A DNA stretch of 64,000 nucleotides from a virus (taxonomy: Duplodnaviria > Caudoviricetes), in IMG/VR virus record IMGVR_UViG_3300032030_000056, positions 15,786 to 79,785 of that record, one strand, 5' to 3'. The position numbers and the translations under genes were made by a program. Shown here piece by piece: positions 30,029 through 38,947 of the stretch. A model generated the notes under the pieces. The model was not told the origin of the DNA. It saw nothing but the letters and a program-made list of their open reading frames with translations, and did not search any database. How positions within the stretch are numbered: position 1 is the first letter of the stretch; each line of letters starts with the position of its first letter.

Positions 30029-30906
30029 CGCTTTACCCATTTTTGTTGTTGCTTGTTCCACGTTAATGTTCCACGGCCATTATTGAGAACGATTTTTGCC
30101 CCATCGGGTCGCTTATCATCATCATAACCATCTGCAATGCTATCTCCATCAAAATACCAACCAGTATAGAGGAAACACTTGTAGTAGTCATTCCACATCA
30201 ATGCACCACCAGTAATAGGGTGATATGTGTTGTCGTTCTCTTTGTTCGGGTCAAACATCACATTGTTGCCTTGAATGATTACATCATTGAATGTTTTGTC
30301 ACGCAGGTAGCGTTCAAAGTCCTTTTGGTAGCTTTTTTCTCTAGTTGCCACATAAACCTTGATATGTTGCGCCACACAATCCATTTCTTTGTCAGTTAGC
30401 TTGTGCCAATATTCTTTGGCTTTTTTCTTGCTTCCTTTTCGATTGTAGGCAACCCAACATTGCTCAAATAGTTCTTCTTTTTCTTTTTTGGTATTTTTTT
30501 CTTTTTCTTTAATTGTAATGCCAAATATAGTATTACAATCAATATTATTACTACTAGTATTATTACTAGTATTATTGGGTGCAATTTTTGCACTACCCCT
30601 GTCGAATTTTTGCACTAGTGGTGCAATTTTTGCACTACCCAATGAGTAATAACAAAACTTGATGTTGTTTCTTGTTTCTTCACGTTTTTTAATCAAACCA
30701 TCATCAACAAGAGATTTCAATGTTGCTATAATGGTGTTTCTTGTCAAGTTAGTCCATTCGCATAGATAGTTAATACTGCCATTAAACTCGTGATTTCCGT
30801 CTTTACAAAAACCATGAATAATAGCATATATAATAAGCCGATTGCCACTTAAACCGAGTTTAGTGACCATCGGTGCTTGAATGACTATATAATCATCTTG
30901 CTTCAT
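30025..30906 (-). CDS. Replication initiator/replisome-organiser-like protein (N-terminal winged HTH)
   Basis: LIIYAIIHGF...SINYLCEWTNLTRNTIIATLKSLVDDGLI; internal repeated GSAKIAP; low-complexity linker. Confidence 0.7.
   Translation of the reverse strand: MKQDDYIVIQAPMVTKLGLSGNRLIIYAIIHGFCKDGNHEFNGSINYLCEWTNLTRNTIIATLKSLVDDGLIKKREETRNNIKFCYYSLGSAKIAPLVQKFDRGSAKIAPNNTSNNTSSNNIDCNTIFGITIKEKEKNTKKEKEELFEQCWVAYNRKGSKKKAKEYWHKLTDKEMDCVAQHIKVYVATREKSYQKDFERYLRDKTFNDVIIQGNNVMFDPNKENDNTYHPITGGALMWNDYYKCFLYTGWYFDGDSIADGYDDDKRPDGAKIVLNNGRGTLTWNKQQQKWVKR
30578..30640. repeat. Iteron-like repeats inside the initiator gene (putative origin)
   Basis: GGTGCAATTTTTGCACTACCC at 30578 and 30620, partial copy at 30605, adjacent AT-rich tract. 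Confidence 0.65.
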
Positions 30907-31655
30907 TGTTCTGGATAATCATTAGAATTAAATATAGATAATTGACTATTTTCTTGTGGCAAACCTAATATACAATCGCATATAAAGTTCCTTGCATAAT
31001 CAGCAGAAATCATAGACCTCTCCTTATTACAAATACCATTTTGCCATGTTCCTCTACTTTTTGCAAGTTGATGTTTTTTTTGTTTTTTATCAAATTGATA
31101 TGTAAATAAGTTTGTTGGCTCACAATTAAAAAACCAATAGCCAGTAGGTTTAACAAAATAATCTCCACGCAACATTCTATTATTATCTCTTATTGACGGA
31201 GGTTTTATAAAATAATTATTCAAAAAACTTCCTGTAATTGGGTTTTCAAAAATCAAACGAAATTTACGTTTTAAGCAAACCCTTACCATTTTTGTCAATG
31301 TGATGAGATATTCATTTCTTCTTTTTTGCCTCTCGATTATTTTATCACACGCTTCCCATTGCTCTAGTGACCTATAATTTGTATAATTCAAACTATGTGC
31401 ATATTGCGACATTTGACAAAAATATATACAAGGGAAAAATGCAAATATAAGGTCATTGCTAGTTATTTTATCAAAAACGCTAGGCTTATCATCATAGGCA
31501 TCATTAATTGCTTTGAATAAGTCTTCAATATAGTCTGTTTGTCCAAAGTCATTTTTAATATCATAGTCTTCCGCATTGATACCTAACTTAATGAACTCGT
31601 TTTTGAATGTCCCACTCTGTTCAAAAAAGCAATAAACTTTGCCTCTTATTTCCAT
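30903..31655 (-). CDS. Compact DNA cytosine-C5 methyltransferase-like protein
   Basis: Motif I-like CFFEQSG, motif IV FFPC, motif VI FENP, KPTGYW, C-terminal RSMIS. Confidence 0.6.
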   Translation of the reverse strand: MEIRGKVYCFFEQSGTFKNEFIKLGINAEDYDIKNDFGQTDYIEDLFKAINDAYDDKPSVFDKITSNDLIFAFFPCIYFCQMSQYAHSLNYTNYRSLEQWEACDKIIERQKRRNEYLITLTKMVRVCLKRKFRLIFENPITGSFLNNYFIKPPSIRDNNRMLRGDYFVKPTGYWFFNCEPTNLFTYQFDKKQKKHQLAKSRGTWQNGICNKERSMISADYARNFICDCILGLPQENSQLSIFNSNDYPEQ

Positions 31656-31670
31656 GTTAAAAATAATTAA

Positions 31671-32258
31671 TTATTCTCTTTGTTGGTCTATGAGTTTATA
31701 AAATTCCGCCTTAACATTATTGTCAGACTTAAATATTCCCGATAGATGTGAAACGGTCATTTTTCCATTACTCTTCACACCCCTCATTGTTTTGCATAAA
31801 TGCGTTCCACGTAAAACAATAGCCATGCCTTGAACATTGCCATCAAGAGCATCGGTAAGCATTTTGATAATATCAAGAGCTAATCTTTCCTGTAATTGAA
31901 GTCTTGCTGCGCAATACCCAACAACTCTAGCAATTTTTGAAATTCCTAAAATTCTTCCATCTTCATTTGGTATATATGCAAAATAATATTTACCAAAAAA
32001 AGGCATCATGTGGTGTTCACACATAGAATAATAATCACCTGTATCGAAAACAATATCAGTAGACCTCATATCGTTTTCAAATGTTGTTATTTTTGGTGCT
32101 TGATTTGGGTCATAACCACGAAAGATTTCACTCCACATACGAATAATTCTGTCTGGAGTTCCCAATAAGCCTTCTCTTTCTGGGTTTTCCCCAATATGCA
32201 ATAATATTGTTTTTATCGCACATTCAATATCTTTTGTGTTTGTAACGATAGTCTCCAT
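31671..32258 (-). CDS. folE: GTP cyclohydrolase I
   Basis: REGLLGTPDR, SMCEHHMMPFFG, GISKIARVV, RLQLQERL, HLCKTMRG. Confidence 0.97.
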   Translation of the reverse strand: METIVTNTKDIECAIKTILLHIGENPEREGLLGTPDRIIRMWSEIFRGYDPNQAPKITTFENDMRSTDIVFDTGDYYSMCEHHMMPFFGKYYFAYIPNEDGRILGISKIARVVGYCAARLQLQERLALDIIKMLTDALDGNVQGMAIVLRGTHLCKTMRGVKSNGKMTVSHLSGIFKSDNNVKAEFYKLIDQQRE

Positions 32259-32791
32259 TTTGGATTTTTTTTAATAAATTCTACACATTGTTTAATAATC
32301 TCTTTGTTTCTTTTATTATCCCCTGTATCACAAGGTTGAATATAATAATAATCGGCCTGTATGCCAAAGTTTGATATTTGATGAATACCGTCATATACAA
32401 CTTTAACTTCGTTTGCGTGTTTGATAACAGGATGCCCGATTTCCCCAACATATCCTTGTTTTGGAGATACTGTAACCCAATCTATATTACTTAATACAGG
32501 TCGCGTTCCATTTGTTTCTATGGCAACGTATTTTCTTATTGCGTGTAATTTATCAATAAGTGTTTTTGTTAGTTGTATTGTTGGTTCACCACCTGTAATC
32601 ACAACAAGTTCTGCGGGATTTTCTGATACAACATTTATTATCTCATCTTCAGGCATAATAATCCAATCTTTATGGTTTGTGTCGCAAAAAGAACACTTTA
32701 GATTACACCCAGCAAATCGAATAAAAGTTGCTGCAGTTCCGGAATAATATCCCTCCCCTTGTATTGAGTAAAAAATCTCGTTTACTTTCAT
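32213..32791 (-). CDS. queE: 7-carboxy-7-deazaguanine synthase (radical SAM)
   Basis: EIFYSIQGEG, GCNLKCSFCDT, TGGEP, IETNGT, TVSPK, LSLQTQK. Confidence 0.97.
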   Translation of the reverse strand: MKVNEIFYSIQGEGYYSGTAATFIRFAGCNLKCSFCDTNHKDWIIMPEDEIINVVSENPAELVVITGGEPTIQLTKTLIDKLHAIRKYVAIETNGTRPVLSNIDWVTVSPKQGYVGEIGHPVIKHANEVKVVYDGIHQISNFGIQADYYYIQPCDTGDNKRNKEIIKQCVEFIKKNPKWRLSLQTQKILNVR

Positions 32792-32793
32792 AA

Positions 32794-33126
32794 CTAACTC
32801 TGTTCGTAAATCGCAATATTACCATCACTCTCCTGAACGCTGCATTTGTAACACTCGTGTATTTGCTGTGTTACCCATTTTGCAATATTTTCTGCGGTAG
32901 GATTAAACTCAACAACATCGTTAAGTAATTTATGGTCGAGTTTGTCGTGTATCATTTTTTTAATAATTGTAAAATCAACAACCATACCATTTTTGTTGAG
33001 TTTTTCAGACTTGCAATATACTGTAACTATCCAGTTATGCCCATGAAGATTACTGCATTTGCTATTGTAATCAAGAGTCAACATATGAGCTCCTGCAATT
33101 TCTAATTTTTTTATAACGTAATACAT
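32794..33126 (-). CDS. queD: 6-carboxy-5,6,7,8-tetrahydropterin synthase
   Basis: AHML, CSNLHGHNW, LDHKLLN, NPTAENIA. Confidence 0.97.
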   Translation of the reverse strand: MYYVIKKLEIAGAHMLTLDYNSKCSNLHGHNWIVTVYCKSEKLNKNGMVVDFTIIKKMIHDKLDHKLLNDVVEFNPTAENIAKWVTQQIHECYKCSVQESDGNIAIYEQS

Positions 33127-33137
33127 AATGAATATTT

Positions 33138-33791
33138 TTATTGTTCATATTTTGTTTTATCATCAATTCCGGCCTCAATCATTGCTTGTTTTCTTTCAAC
33201 ACAGGTTCCGCATTGCCCACAATGATTTTCTCCTCCCTTATAGCACGAATATGTCATTGAGTAGTCAATCCCAAGTTTTTTACCTATCCTAGCAATATCT
33301 GCTTTACTGATGCCAGTATAAGGTGCTGAAATATTGACATTGTTATATGTGCCATAAGCCATCGCTTCGTTCATTGACTCTATAAAAGTTGCCCTACAAT
33401 CGGGATAAATGGCATGGTCTCCGAAATGGTTGGCGATGAGTACCTTTTTAAGCCCTTTGCTTTCAGCCAATCCACACGCTATTGATAACATAATACCATT
33501 ACGAAATGGAACAACTGTTGATTTCATGTTTTCATCCGCATAATGCCCATTTGGTATAGCATCAGCACCTTCAAGTAATGAAGATTTGAAATAATCACCG
33601 ATAAAGGTTAAAGGAATTACAATGTGCGGAATACCAAGTTTTTTACAATGAATTTTTGCAAATTCTATCTCCCTTTTATTGTGGTTACTGCCATAGTCAA
33701 ATGTAACCGCTAAAGATATCTCGAATTGTTTATCATATAGTAGAGTTACGCTATCCATACCTCCACTAACTATTATTATAGAATCTTTCAT
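33138..33791 (-). CDS. queC: 7-cyano-7-deazaguanine (preQ0) synthase
   Basis: SGGMDS, VPFRNGIMLS, YPDCR, TYSCY...HCGQCGTCVER. Confidence 0.97.
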   Translation of the reverse strand: MKDSIIIVSGGMDSVTLLYDKQFEISLAVTFDYGSNHNKREIEFAKIHCKKLGIPHIVIPLTFIGDYFKSSLLEGADAIPNGHYADENMKSTVVPFRNGIMLSIACGLAESKGLKKVLIANHFGDHAIYPDCRATFIESMNEAMAYGTYNNVNISAPYTGISKADIARIGKKLGIDYSMTYSCYKGGENHCGQCGTCVERKQAMIEAGIDDKTKYEQ

Positions 33792-33797
33792 ATTTTT

Positions 33798-34124
33798 TTA
33801 TTTGTCGCTTTCTATTGTAACACTCCAATCAGTTAAATCTTGATTATCCTCCAAAAAAACAGTTACTTTTAAGTAACTAGGCTCAATTGTTTTTATTATT
33901 TCATCATAAACATTAATAGCTATATCTTCTATTAAATCATAGAATTGCTTATCAAAAAATTTACGATATTCTATAATATCAAGAACCTTATTATTTGGAA
34001 TATACTCTATTGCTACATTACAATACTCTTTTTGGCCTGTAACTTTGCAATAATTCACAAATGGCTTTATTTTTTCAAAGCGTATTTTTATTTTTTTTGA
34101 TGAGTTAAAATTTATGGCTTTCAT
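33798..34124 (-). CDS. queF-L: QueF-like (QueF-L) T-fold protein, putative amidinotransferase
   Basis: YCKVTGQ, IEYIP, LIEDIA, PSYLKV align with the QueF fold; the NADPH-binding ESKxLK motif is absent. Confidence 0.7.
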   Translation of the reverse strand: MKAINFNSSKKIKIRFEKIKPFVNYCKVTGQKEYCNVAIEYIPNNKVLDIIEYRKFFDKQFYDLIEDIAINVYDEIIKTIEPSYLKVTVFLEDNQDLTDWSVTIESDK

Positions 34125-34125
34125 T

Positions 34126-35052
34126 TTATGTTGTAATTAGAATTTGTTTTCCATATTCTCTATAGTCTTGGTTGCCACACCAAATTTCGTACAGTCGTTT
34201 ATACATTTCGCAGCTAACTATACTCGCGTTTGTTATCCTTGCGCTTTGGTATTGTTCTATTGACTCCCATAAGTCGTTCCCAACCATAGCCTTTACTTTA
34301 TTTGTGTCCAGCCATTCGATTCGATGTCCGCTTGTGGTTAGCTCTCCAAATTGCATAGGCTTCTGCCAAGTAACGCTGTCGCTACTTGTGCATAAATGTG
34401 CGCATTGTTGTAATACACTTTGTTTTGTGCAACCAAGTAGGTGTATATCAATAGTTGGTTTTTTTTCTTTGATATATTTTACTAGAGGTAATGTGTAAAG
34501 GTTGTTTTTTGTCACACCACTACCTATAGCAAGATAATCGCTATACTCTATAAGCCTATCCAAACCATATTTATGGTCTTCTATATGATATACATTGATT
34601 ATCCTATTATTAGGAAGCTCCTCGGCCATCCTTTTTCTGAGTGCCCAAGTTTCTTCTACGCCAAGAACGGCTTGTGCATCAACCTCTACAACTGTCACAT
34701 CTTGAGCATGGTCGTTTGTAAACCTTATTAATTCGTCATACCATTTATATACAAATTCTTTTGTTGCTTTGTCTTTATGTTTCCCAAATAGTAAACTATA
34801 TAATCCACTATCTTGGATGGTATGTCGCATATTACAGTTAATATATTGAGGCATTTGCATATTTGCATCGGTCATCCATTTAAGAGGTATAATAGGCCAC
34901 ACCTTTTTCTTGAATATCCTTTCAGCAACAAAAGGGAATGCGGTATATAAACCATATTGAACACCTAATTGTGATGCAACAATACAATAATTAGGTTTTT
35001 CAACACCAGCAAAATGAACTTTTAGATTTTGTGGTAAATGTAATTGTTCCAT
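34126..35052 (-). CDS. dpdA: DNA 7-deazaguanine transglycosylase (TGT-like)
   Basis: IQDSGLYS, VEVD, NVYH, IHLLG, SDSVTW; within the que cluster; start ATG 35052 abuts the upstream stop. Confidence 0.85.
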   Translation of the reverse strand: MEQLHLPQNLKVHFAGVEKPNYCIVASQLGVQYGLYTAFPFVAERIFKKKVWPIIPLKWMTDANMQMPQYINCNMRHTIQDSGLYSLLFGKHKDKATKEFVYKWYDELIRFTNDHAQDVTVVEVDAQAVLGVEETWALRKRMAEELPNNRIINVYHIEDHKYGLDRLIEYSDYLAIGSGVTKNNLYTLPLVKYIKEKKPTIDIHLLGCTKQSVLQQCAHLCTSSDSVTWQKPMQFGELTTSGHRIEWLDTNKVKAMVGNDLWESIEQYQSARITNASIVSCEMYKRLYEIWCGNQDYREYGKQILITT

Positions 35053-35053
35053 G

Positions 35054-35545
35054 TCAGTCGAATATAGAAAGTTGCCTAGGCTCAATAAAATCTTCTGATT
35101 TTTTAACTTGAACTACATTTTGATGTTCCTGGTCAAATAAATCCTCAAGATTTAATGGTTTAACAACACACTCAAACCCTCCCCATTGTCTAGGGTCAAA
35201 ATTTGGATTAGTTTCCATATCGGATAGAATGTTGTCACAATTCCATGATAAGTTTTTTGATTGGGATAGATTATCAACAAGTGCTATCTCTTTCCCTTTT
35301 GTATCATTTATGGAAACATCTATTCTTCTTATGCATATTAAAACATCGCCACAAGTATCTATTGTAACAACTTTAATCCCTAGCTTTTTTGCAGCTAAAA
35401 ACACATCGTTCCCACAGAGGATATTACCATCTCTGTCCGATACAATTGAGCGGGCGCATCCGAGTTTTTTTAAGGAGTGTTGGATGAGTCCATTACCATA
35501 ACTCGTCCCGTCATTATATCTATTTTCGTTTTTTTTAATGCTCAT
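35054..35545 (-). CDS. ParB/Srx-like N-terminal domain protein
   Basis: IQHSLKKLG..RSIVSDRDGNILCGN...AAKKLG...ALVDN; ParB-like genes are common in phage deazaguanine clusters. Confidence 0.7.
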   Translation of the reverse strand: MSIKKNENRYNDGTSYGNGLIQHSLKKLGCARSIVSDRDGNILCGNDVFLAAKKLGIKVVTIDTCGDVLICIRRIDVSINDTKGKEIALVDNLSQSKNLSWNCDNILSDMETNPNFDPRQWGGFECVVKPLNLEDLFDQEHQNVVQVKKSEDFIEPRQLSIFD

Positions 35546-35689
35546 ATATGTTTTCTATTTATGTTTTCTTAAAAACCAAAGTGATAGTGTACTGTAGTGC
35601 GAGTACAAATACACTATACACTTTGGATAAGAGCGTTCAATTAAAAGATGAGGAGCTATTAGGTTCTCGCACAACCTTGTGGATTTAAC

Positions 35690-36097
35690 TTAGAACGGTG
35701 GTTGTTCTGAAGAAGGGCTAGGCATTGGTGCGGGTGCTGGAGAATAACCACCATATTGTGGTTGTGGTGCTTGCGGGTGGTAAGGCGCAGGATTCACTTG
35801 TTGATGTTGTGCTACATTTGCTTCGTTTTCCCTTGTCGCTTTCCACGCATTAATTGACGTGAAATACTTGCCGTTGTATTGTCTGCTTTCGATGTCGAAA
35901 CTTACTGTGTAAATTCCGCCAAGTTGAATATTCATTTGAGCATACTTGTCTTGCCCAAGTGTTTGAAAGTAGATAACACGAGGATAATCCCCAAAAGTAG
36001 TACCAACGAAAGAATACCTTGTGTAAGTTGTTGCTCCGTCTTTACCTAAGAAACTTTGCGGTTCAAGGATTTCGGTAATTTTTACTTGTACTTCCAT
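35690..36097 (-). CDS. DUF3127-like OB-fold ssDNA-binding protein
   Basis: MEVQVKITEIL..., VSFDIESRQYNGKYFTSINAW, Pro/Gln tail ending PPF. Confidence 0.8.
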   Translation of the reverse strand: MEVQVKITEILEPQSFLGKDGATTYTRYSFVGTTFGDYPRVIYFQTLGQDKYAQMNIQLGGIYTVSFDIESRQYNGKYFTSINAWKATRENEANVAQHQQVNPAPYHPQAPQPQYGGYSPAPAPMPSPSSEQPPF

Positions 36098-36144
36098 TTT
36101 CTTTGTTTTGTTGTTTGTTGAGTTTGTAATGTTGATATTTCCTG

Positions 36145-36175
36145 CAAAGATACAACACTCGTTGCAATATTGCAA
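36145..36175 (-). promoter_or_regulatory. Promoter with perfect palindrome TTGCAATATTGCAA-N9-TATCTTTG
   Basis: Palindrome 36162-36175, -7 box 36145-36152. Confidence 0.75.
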
Positions 36176-36213
36176 GTTAATTTTTTCTAAATTTATCGGC
36201 TTAAATAAATCGT

Positions 36214-36288
36214 TTTTAAGCGCATTTTTGTTGCTAGCTTAGTAGTTATACCCTTTAACCATAAAAGCGGCTTAAAAGTGCCTTAAAA
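36214..36288. repeat. Intergenic palindrome, copy 3
   Basis: TTTTAAGCGCATTTT...AGTTATACC...AAAAGCGGCTTAAAAGTGCCTTAAAA. Confidence 0.7.
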
Positions 36289-36296
36289 TGCTAAAT

Positions 36297-36731
36297 TTAG
36301 TGTTTTATTGTGTTCCTTATACCCATAACAATCAAAAATAGGCAAATCACGATATTTGCTACTGAAACAAAATAGTAAACATTGTAATTTGCCAATTCAT
36401 GTGATTGAAAATAGGATTTTTCAAAGAGTTGTAACGCTAGGTAAACAATTGCAAGTTTGTTGAATATGCAGGTGCGTATGGCGATTGACAATATTACCAA
36501 AAATGCGACAAATTGGATATTGTACTCAAACCATTGCCCAAGAAACCAAGAAATCGGCTTATTAAGCATTATGCCATCTGCGCAAATCACAAAATCTTCG
36601 CAATATAGCGATTTTATATTCTCAAAGTAAGAAATAGCTACAACTGCGCAAATCAAGAACGGCATTAGCTTACCGAACTCAATCAACGTGATGCGCATTC
36701 GGTGAGATAGTCCGTTCTTGATTGCTTTCAT
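36297..36731 (-). CDS. Multi-pass membrane protein
   Basis: 3-4 hydrophobic segments in 144 aa. Confidence 0.7.
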   Translation of the reverse strand: MKAIKNGLSHRMRITLIEFGKLMPFLICAVVAISYFENIKSLYCEDFVICADGIMLNKPISWFLGQWFEYNIQFVAFLVILSIAIRTCIFNKLAIVYLALQLFEKSYFQSHELANYNVYYFVSVANIVICLFLIVMGIRNTIKH

Positions 36732-36913
36732 TTTCGCTTTTTCTTTATCGTTACTTTGAAATTTGCACCAGCATCGGAAGGTGGTCTGCTTTTGACTTTT
36801 TTCAAGCTATCGTTGCTTGTGGTGTCATTCTTTTGCCTCAACTGCACAGATTGCTTAACCTTTACCTTGCCTTTCGCTTTGCGTGTCTTGCGTTTTCTCC
36901 TCTTTATAGCCAT
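36728..36913 (-). CDS. Small Lys/Arg-rich protein
   Basis: MAIKRRKRKTRKAKG...; ATGA overlap with the next gene. Confidence 0.45.
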   Translation of the reverse strand: MAIKRRKRKTRKAKGKVKVKQSVQLRQKNDTTSNDSLKKVKSRPPSDAGANFKVTIKKKRK

Positions 36914-36921
36914 CCTATTAA

Positions 36922-37308
36922 TCAAAAAAGACTTTCTTCGGCATCCTTGCAAGCCTTTTCAAATTCAGCTTTCAATTCATCCAGTTTTTGTCTAACTTCA
37001 TCACTTATGCGTGGGCAACCATTCAACCAAGACCTAAAATTAGGTATATTTTGGTTGTATTGTTCTGCCCAAATGCAATACTCGTTCCATTGGTCGAAAT
37101 ATGCGAAATTCACATCTTCGTTAACAATGATGCGTATCGTGTCATAGTCTAGTGCGTAATTATCGCCATAGCACCACAACCCGCCAATTTCATCACTGAC
37201 CCAAAAGCCATAGCTTTCCTCAAGATGCCATTTTTTGCATAACATCTTGACGTAGCCATTGGCGGTTAATTCGAAGTTCTTTTTTAGTGTTTCGACCTTG
37301 TTATCCAT
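36922..37308 (-). CDS. Hypothetical protein
   Basis: Start MDNKVETL chosen to avoid overlap with the upstream HTH gene. Confidence 0.7.
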   Translation of the reverse strand: MDNKVETLKKNFELTANGYVKMLCKKWHLEESYGFWVSDEIGGLWCYGDNYALDYDTIRIIVNEDVNFAYFDQWNEYCIWAEQYNQNIPNFRSWLNGCPRISDEVRQKLDELKAEFEKACKDAEESLF

Positions 37309-37312
37309 TTCT

Positions 37313-37519
37313 TTAGTTTTCTTCTTTTTTGCCATTTCGAGCGTACCATTCATCATAATCCGTTGGTTTCTCGATAAGTCGCCCATTCATCTTACCTCTT
37401 GAAAATGTATGTACTGGTAAAACACCAGAACTAATCAAGTGATAGACGTGAGCGGTTGTTTTGCCTATATATTCGGCATATTGGCTTACTGTTATGTAAT
37501 TCTCTACTGAATTAGTCAT
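37313..37519 (-). CDS. Excisionase-like HTH DNA-binding protein
   Basis: ITVSQYAEYIGKTTAHVYHLISSGVL. Confidence 0.65.
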   Translation of the reverse strand: MTNSVENYITVSQYAEYIGKTTAHVYHLISSGVLPVHTFSRGKMNGRLIEKPTDYDEWYARNGKKEEN

Positions 37520-37524
37520 ATATT

Positions 37525-38229
37525 TTAGTCAGTTTCTTTGTTTTGTTGTTTTATAGCGTCTTTTTTCAAGATTTCTTCATTTTCCATTGATTGAATTGCT
37601 TCAATGTTTTCTTGCATTACTTGTTCGTCCGTTTTAGGCTTGAAAATAACCCTTTCGGTAATATCTTCGGAAAATTCACGGATTTTGGCAATGCACCCAT
37701 CAATGAATTGCTTGTTTGTCAAGCCTTCTTTGTGTTCGTCAAGCAAAATGGCACTTTTGGCGATATTATACATATAATCCAAAAAGACCATAAATCCATA
37801 AACTTCGGTTTCACCAATAGAGAACAAAGGATTAAAAATGTTGTAAAACCACTCATCTACGAATGTAGCAGTAAGGTAATCAACATCATTTTCGCCTTTT
37901 TCTTTCAAAGTGTTCATCAGCTTGCCGTATGAAAAGAATTTGTAGCCATCTGTATCAGTAACGGTACAATCATTTTCTTCAGCAATTTCGATAAAACGCT
38001 TGATGTACAAATAAGGTCTGCTGACACCACTTGACGTGAAATTGGTAAACACATGGTCGTGGTAGCCAGTACCTACAACGGCACATTCATTGGTTAAGGT
38101 TAAACGAAGACCCTTGTCGCTGAAAAAGATTTCTTTCGTTTCTTTTGTCCTGTCAACGTGAACCACTGCACGTTCAATGCGCTTTTCCAGTTGCGCTTTT
38201 GTAGTCTTTTGGCCTTGAGGTTGTTTCAT
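37525..38229 (-). CDS. Hypothetical protein
   Basis: 234-aa ORF. Confidence 0.8.
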   Translation of the reverse strand: MKQPQGQKTTKAQLEKRIERAVVHVDRTKETKEIFFSDKGLRLTLTNECAVVGTGYHDHVFTNFTSSGVSRPYLYIKRFIEIAEENDCTVTDTDGYKFFSYGKLMNTLKEKGENDVDYLTATFVDEWFYNIFNPLFSIGETEVYGFMVFLDYMYNIAKSAILLDEHKEGLTNKQFIDGCIAKIREFSEDITERVIFKPKTDEQVMQENIEAIQSMENEEILKKDAIKQQNKETD

Positions 38230-38231
38230 TG

Positions 38232-38762
38232 TTATTTCTTTCTCTTGTTGTTGATTTCTGAATAGATAACACTTAATCTCATCACAAGTGCATCGTGACC
38301 AGTAGGCACACGACCTTTGATGCGGTTGCGCTTGTTGTAGTCCTTAATGAAAGCTGCTGCCTCTTCATCATTTGTCACGTTGTCAAAGAAATACTCGTTT
38401 TTTGGTAATTCGTTGTTCGTTTCGACACCCTCGTTTTCTAATTCCTTTGCTTCTTCCAAAAGTCTTTTTGCGGCATCTTTGCTTTCATCATCCAAATCCA
38501 TGTGTTCTACATCTTCATCCATGTATTCGGGAACGACAAAAATTTGCTTTATACCAACGAATTGCTCAAGCGTAAACACCTTGGTAACTCTTGGTTTTTC
38601 GTCTTTTTCACTATCAAACGTAACCACACCATAGCACTCGCGCCCGTCTGCCATTTCAATCACACCGACACCAACTTTGAAAGATTTAGTGCCATCCCAC
38701 TCTTTTTTAGGTATTGCAGGCAATCCTAATGCCTTACAAACGAAATCCTCGTAATAAATCAT
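38232..38762 (-). CDS. Hypothetical acidic protein
   Basis: 176-aa ORF directly downstream of a promoter. Confidence 0.8.
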   Translation of the reverse strand: MIYYEDFVCKALGLPAIPKKEWDGTKSFKVGVGVIEMADGRECYGVVTFDSEKDEKPRVTKVFTLEQFVGIKQIFVVPEYMDEDVEHMDLDDESKDAAKRLLEEAKELENEGVETNNELPKNEYFFDNVTNDEEAAAFIKDYNKRNRIKGRVPTGHDALVMRLSVIYSEINNKRKK

Positions 38763-38792
38763 AATAAACTAGCTTATATATTAAAAACTTTG

Positions 38793-38823
38793 CAAAGGTA
38801 GTGCTTTGTTTGCAATATTGCAA
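38793..38823 (-). promoter_or_regulatory. Promoter TTGCAATATTGCAA-N9-TACCTTTG
   Basis: Palindrome 38810-38823, -7 box 38793-38800. Confidence 0.75.
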
Positions 38824-38853
38824 ATAGATGATTTATTATTTTTCAACGAGAAC

Positions 38854-38893
38854 AAAAAATGTTGGCGGCAATGATTCACATCAGACCGCCAAC
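38854..38893 (-). terminator. Terminator hairpin, GAT-GTGA-ATC cap
   Basis: GTTGGCGG/CCGCCAAC stem then T-tract on the minus strand; after recT. Confidence 0.7.
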
Positions 38894-38947
38894 TAATGCT
38901 AAAAGATATGTAAACCAACAAAATTGTAAGAATGAAGAAATTAAGTA

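Noticed and set aside
35546-35689. Known preQ1 riboswitch upstream of the que genes
   Set aside because: No match to class I-III consensus (no short P1 with A-rich tail); kept only as an unassigned hairpin pair
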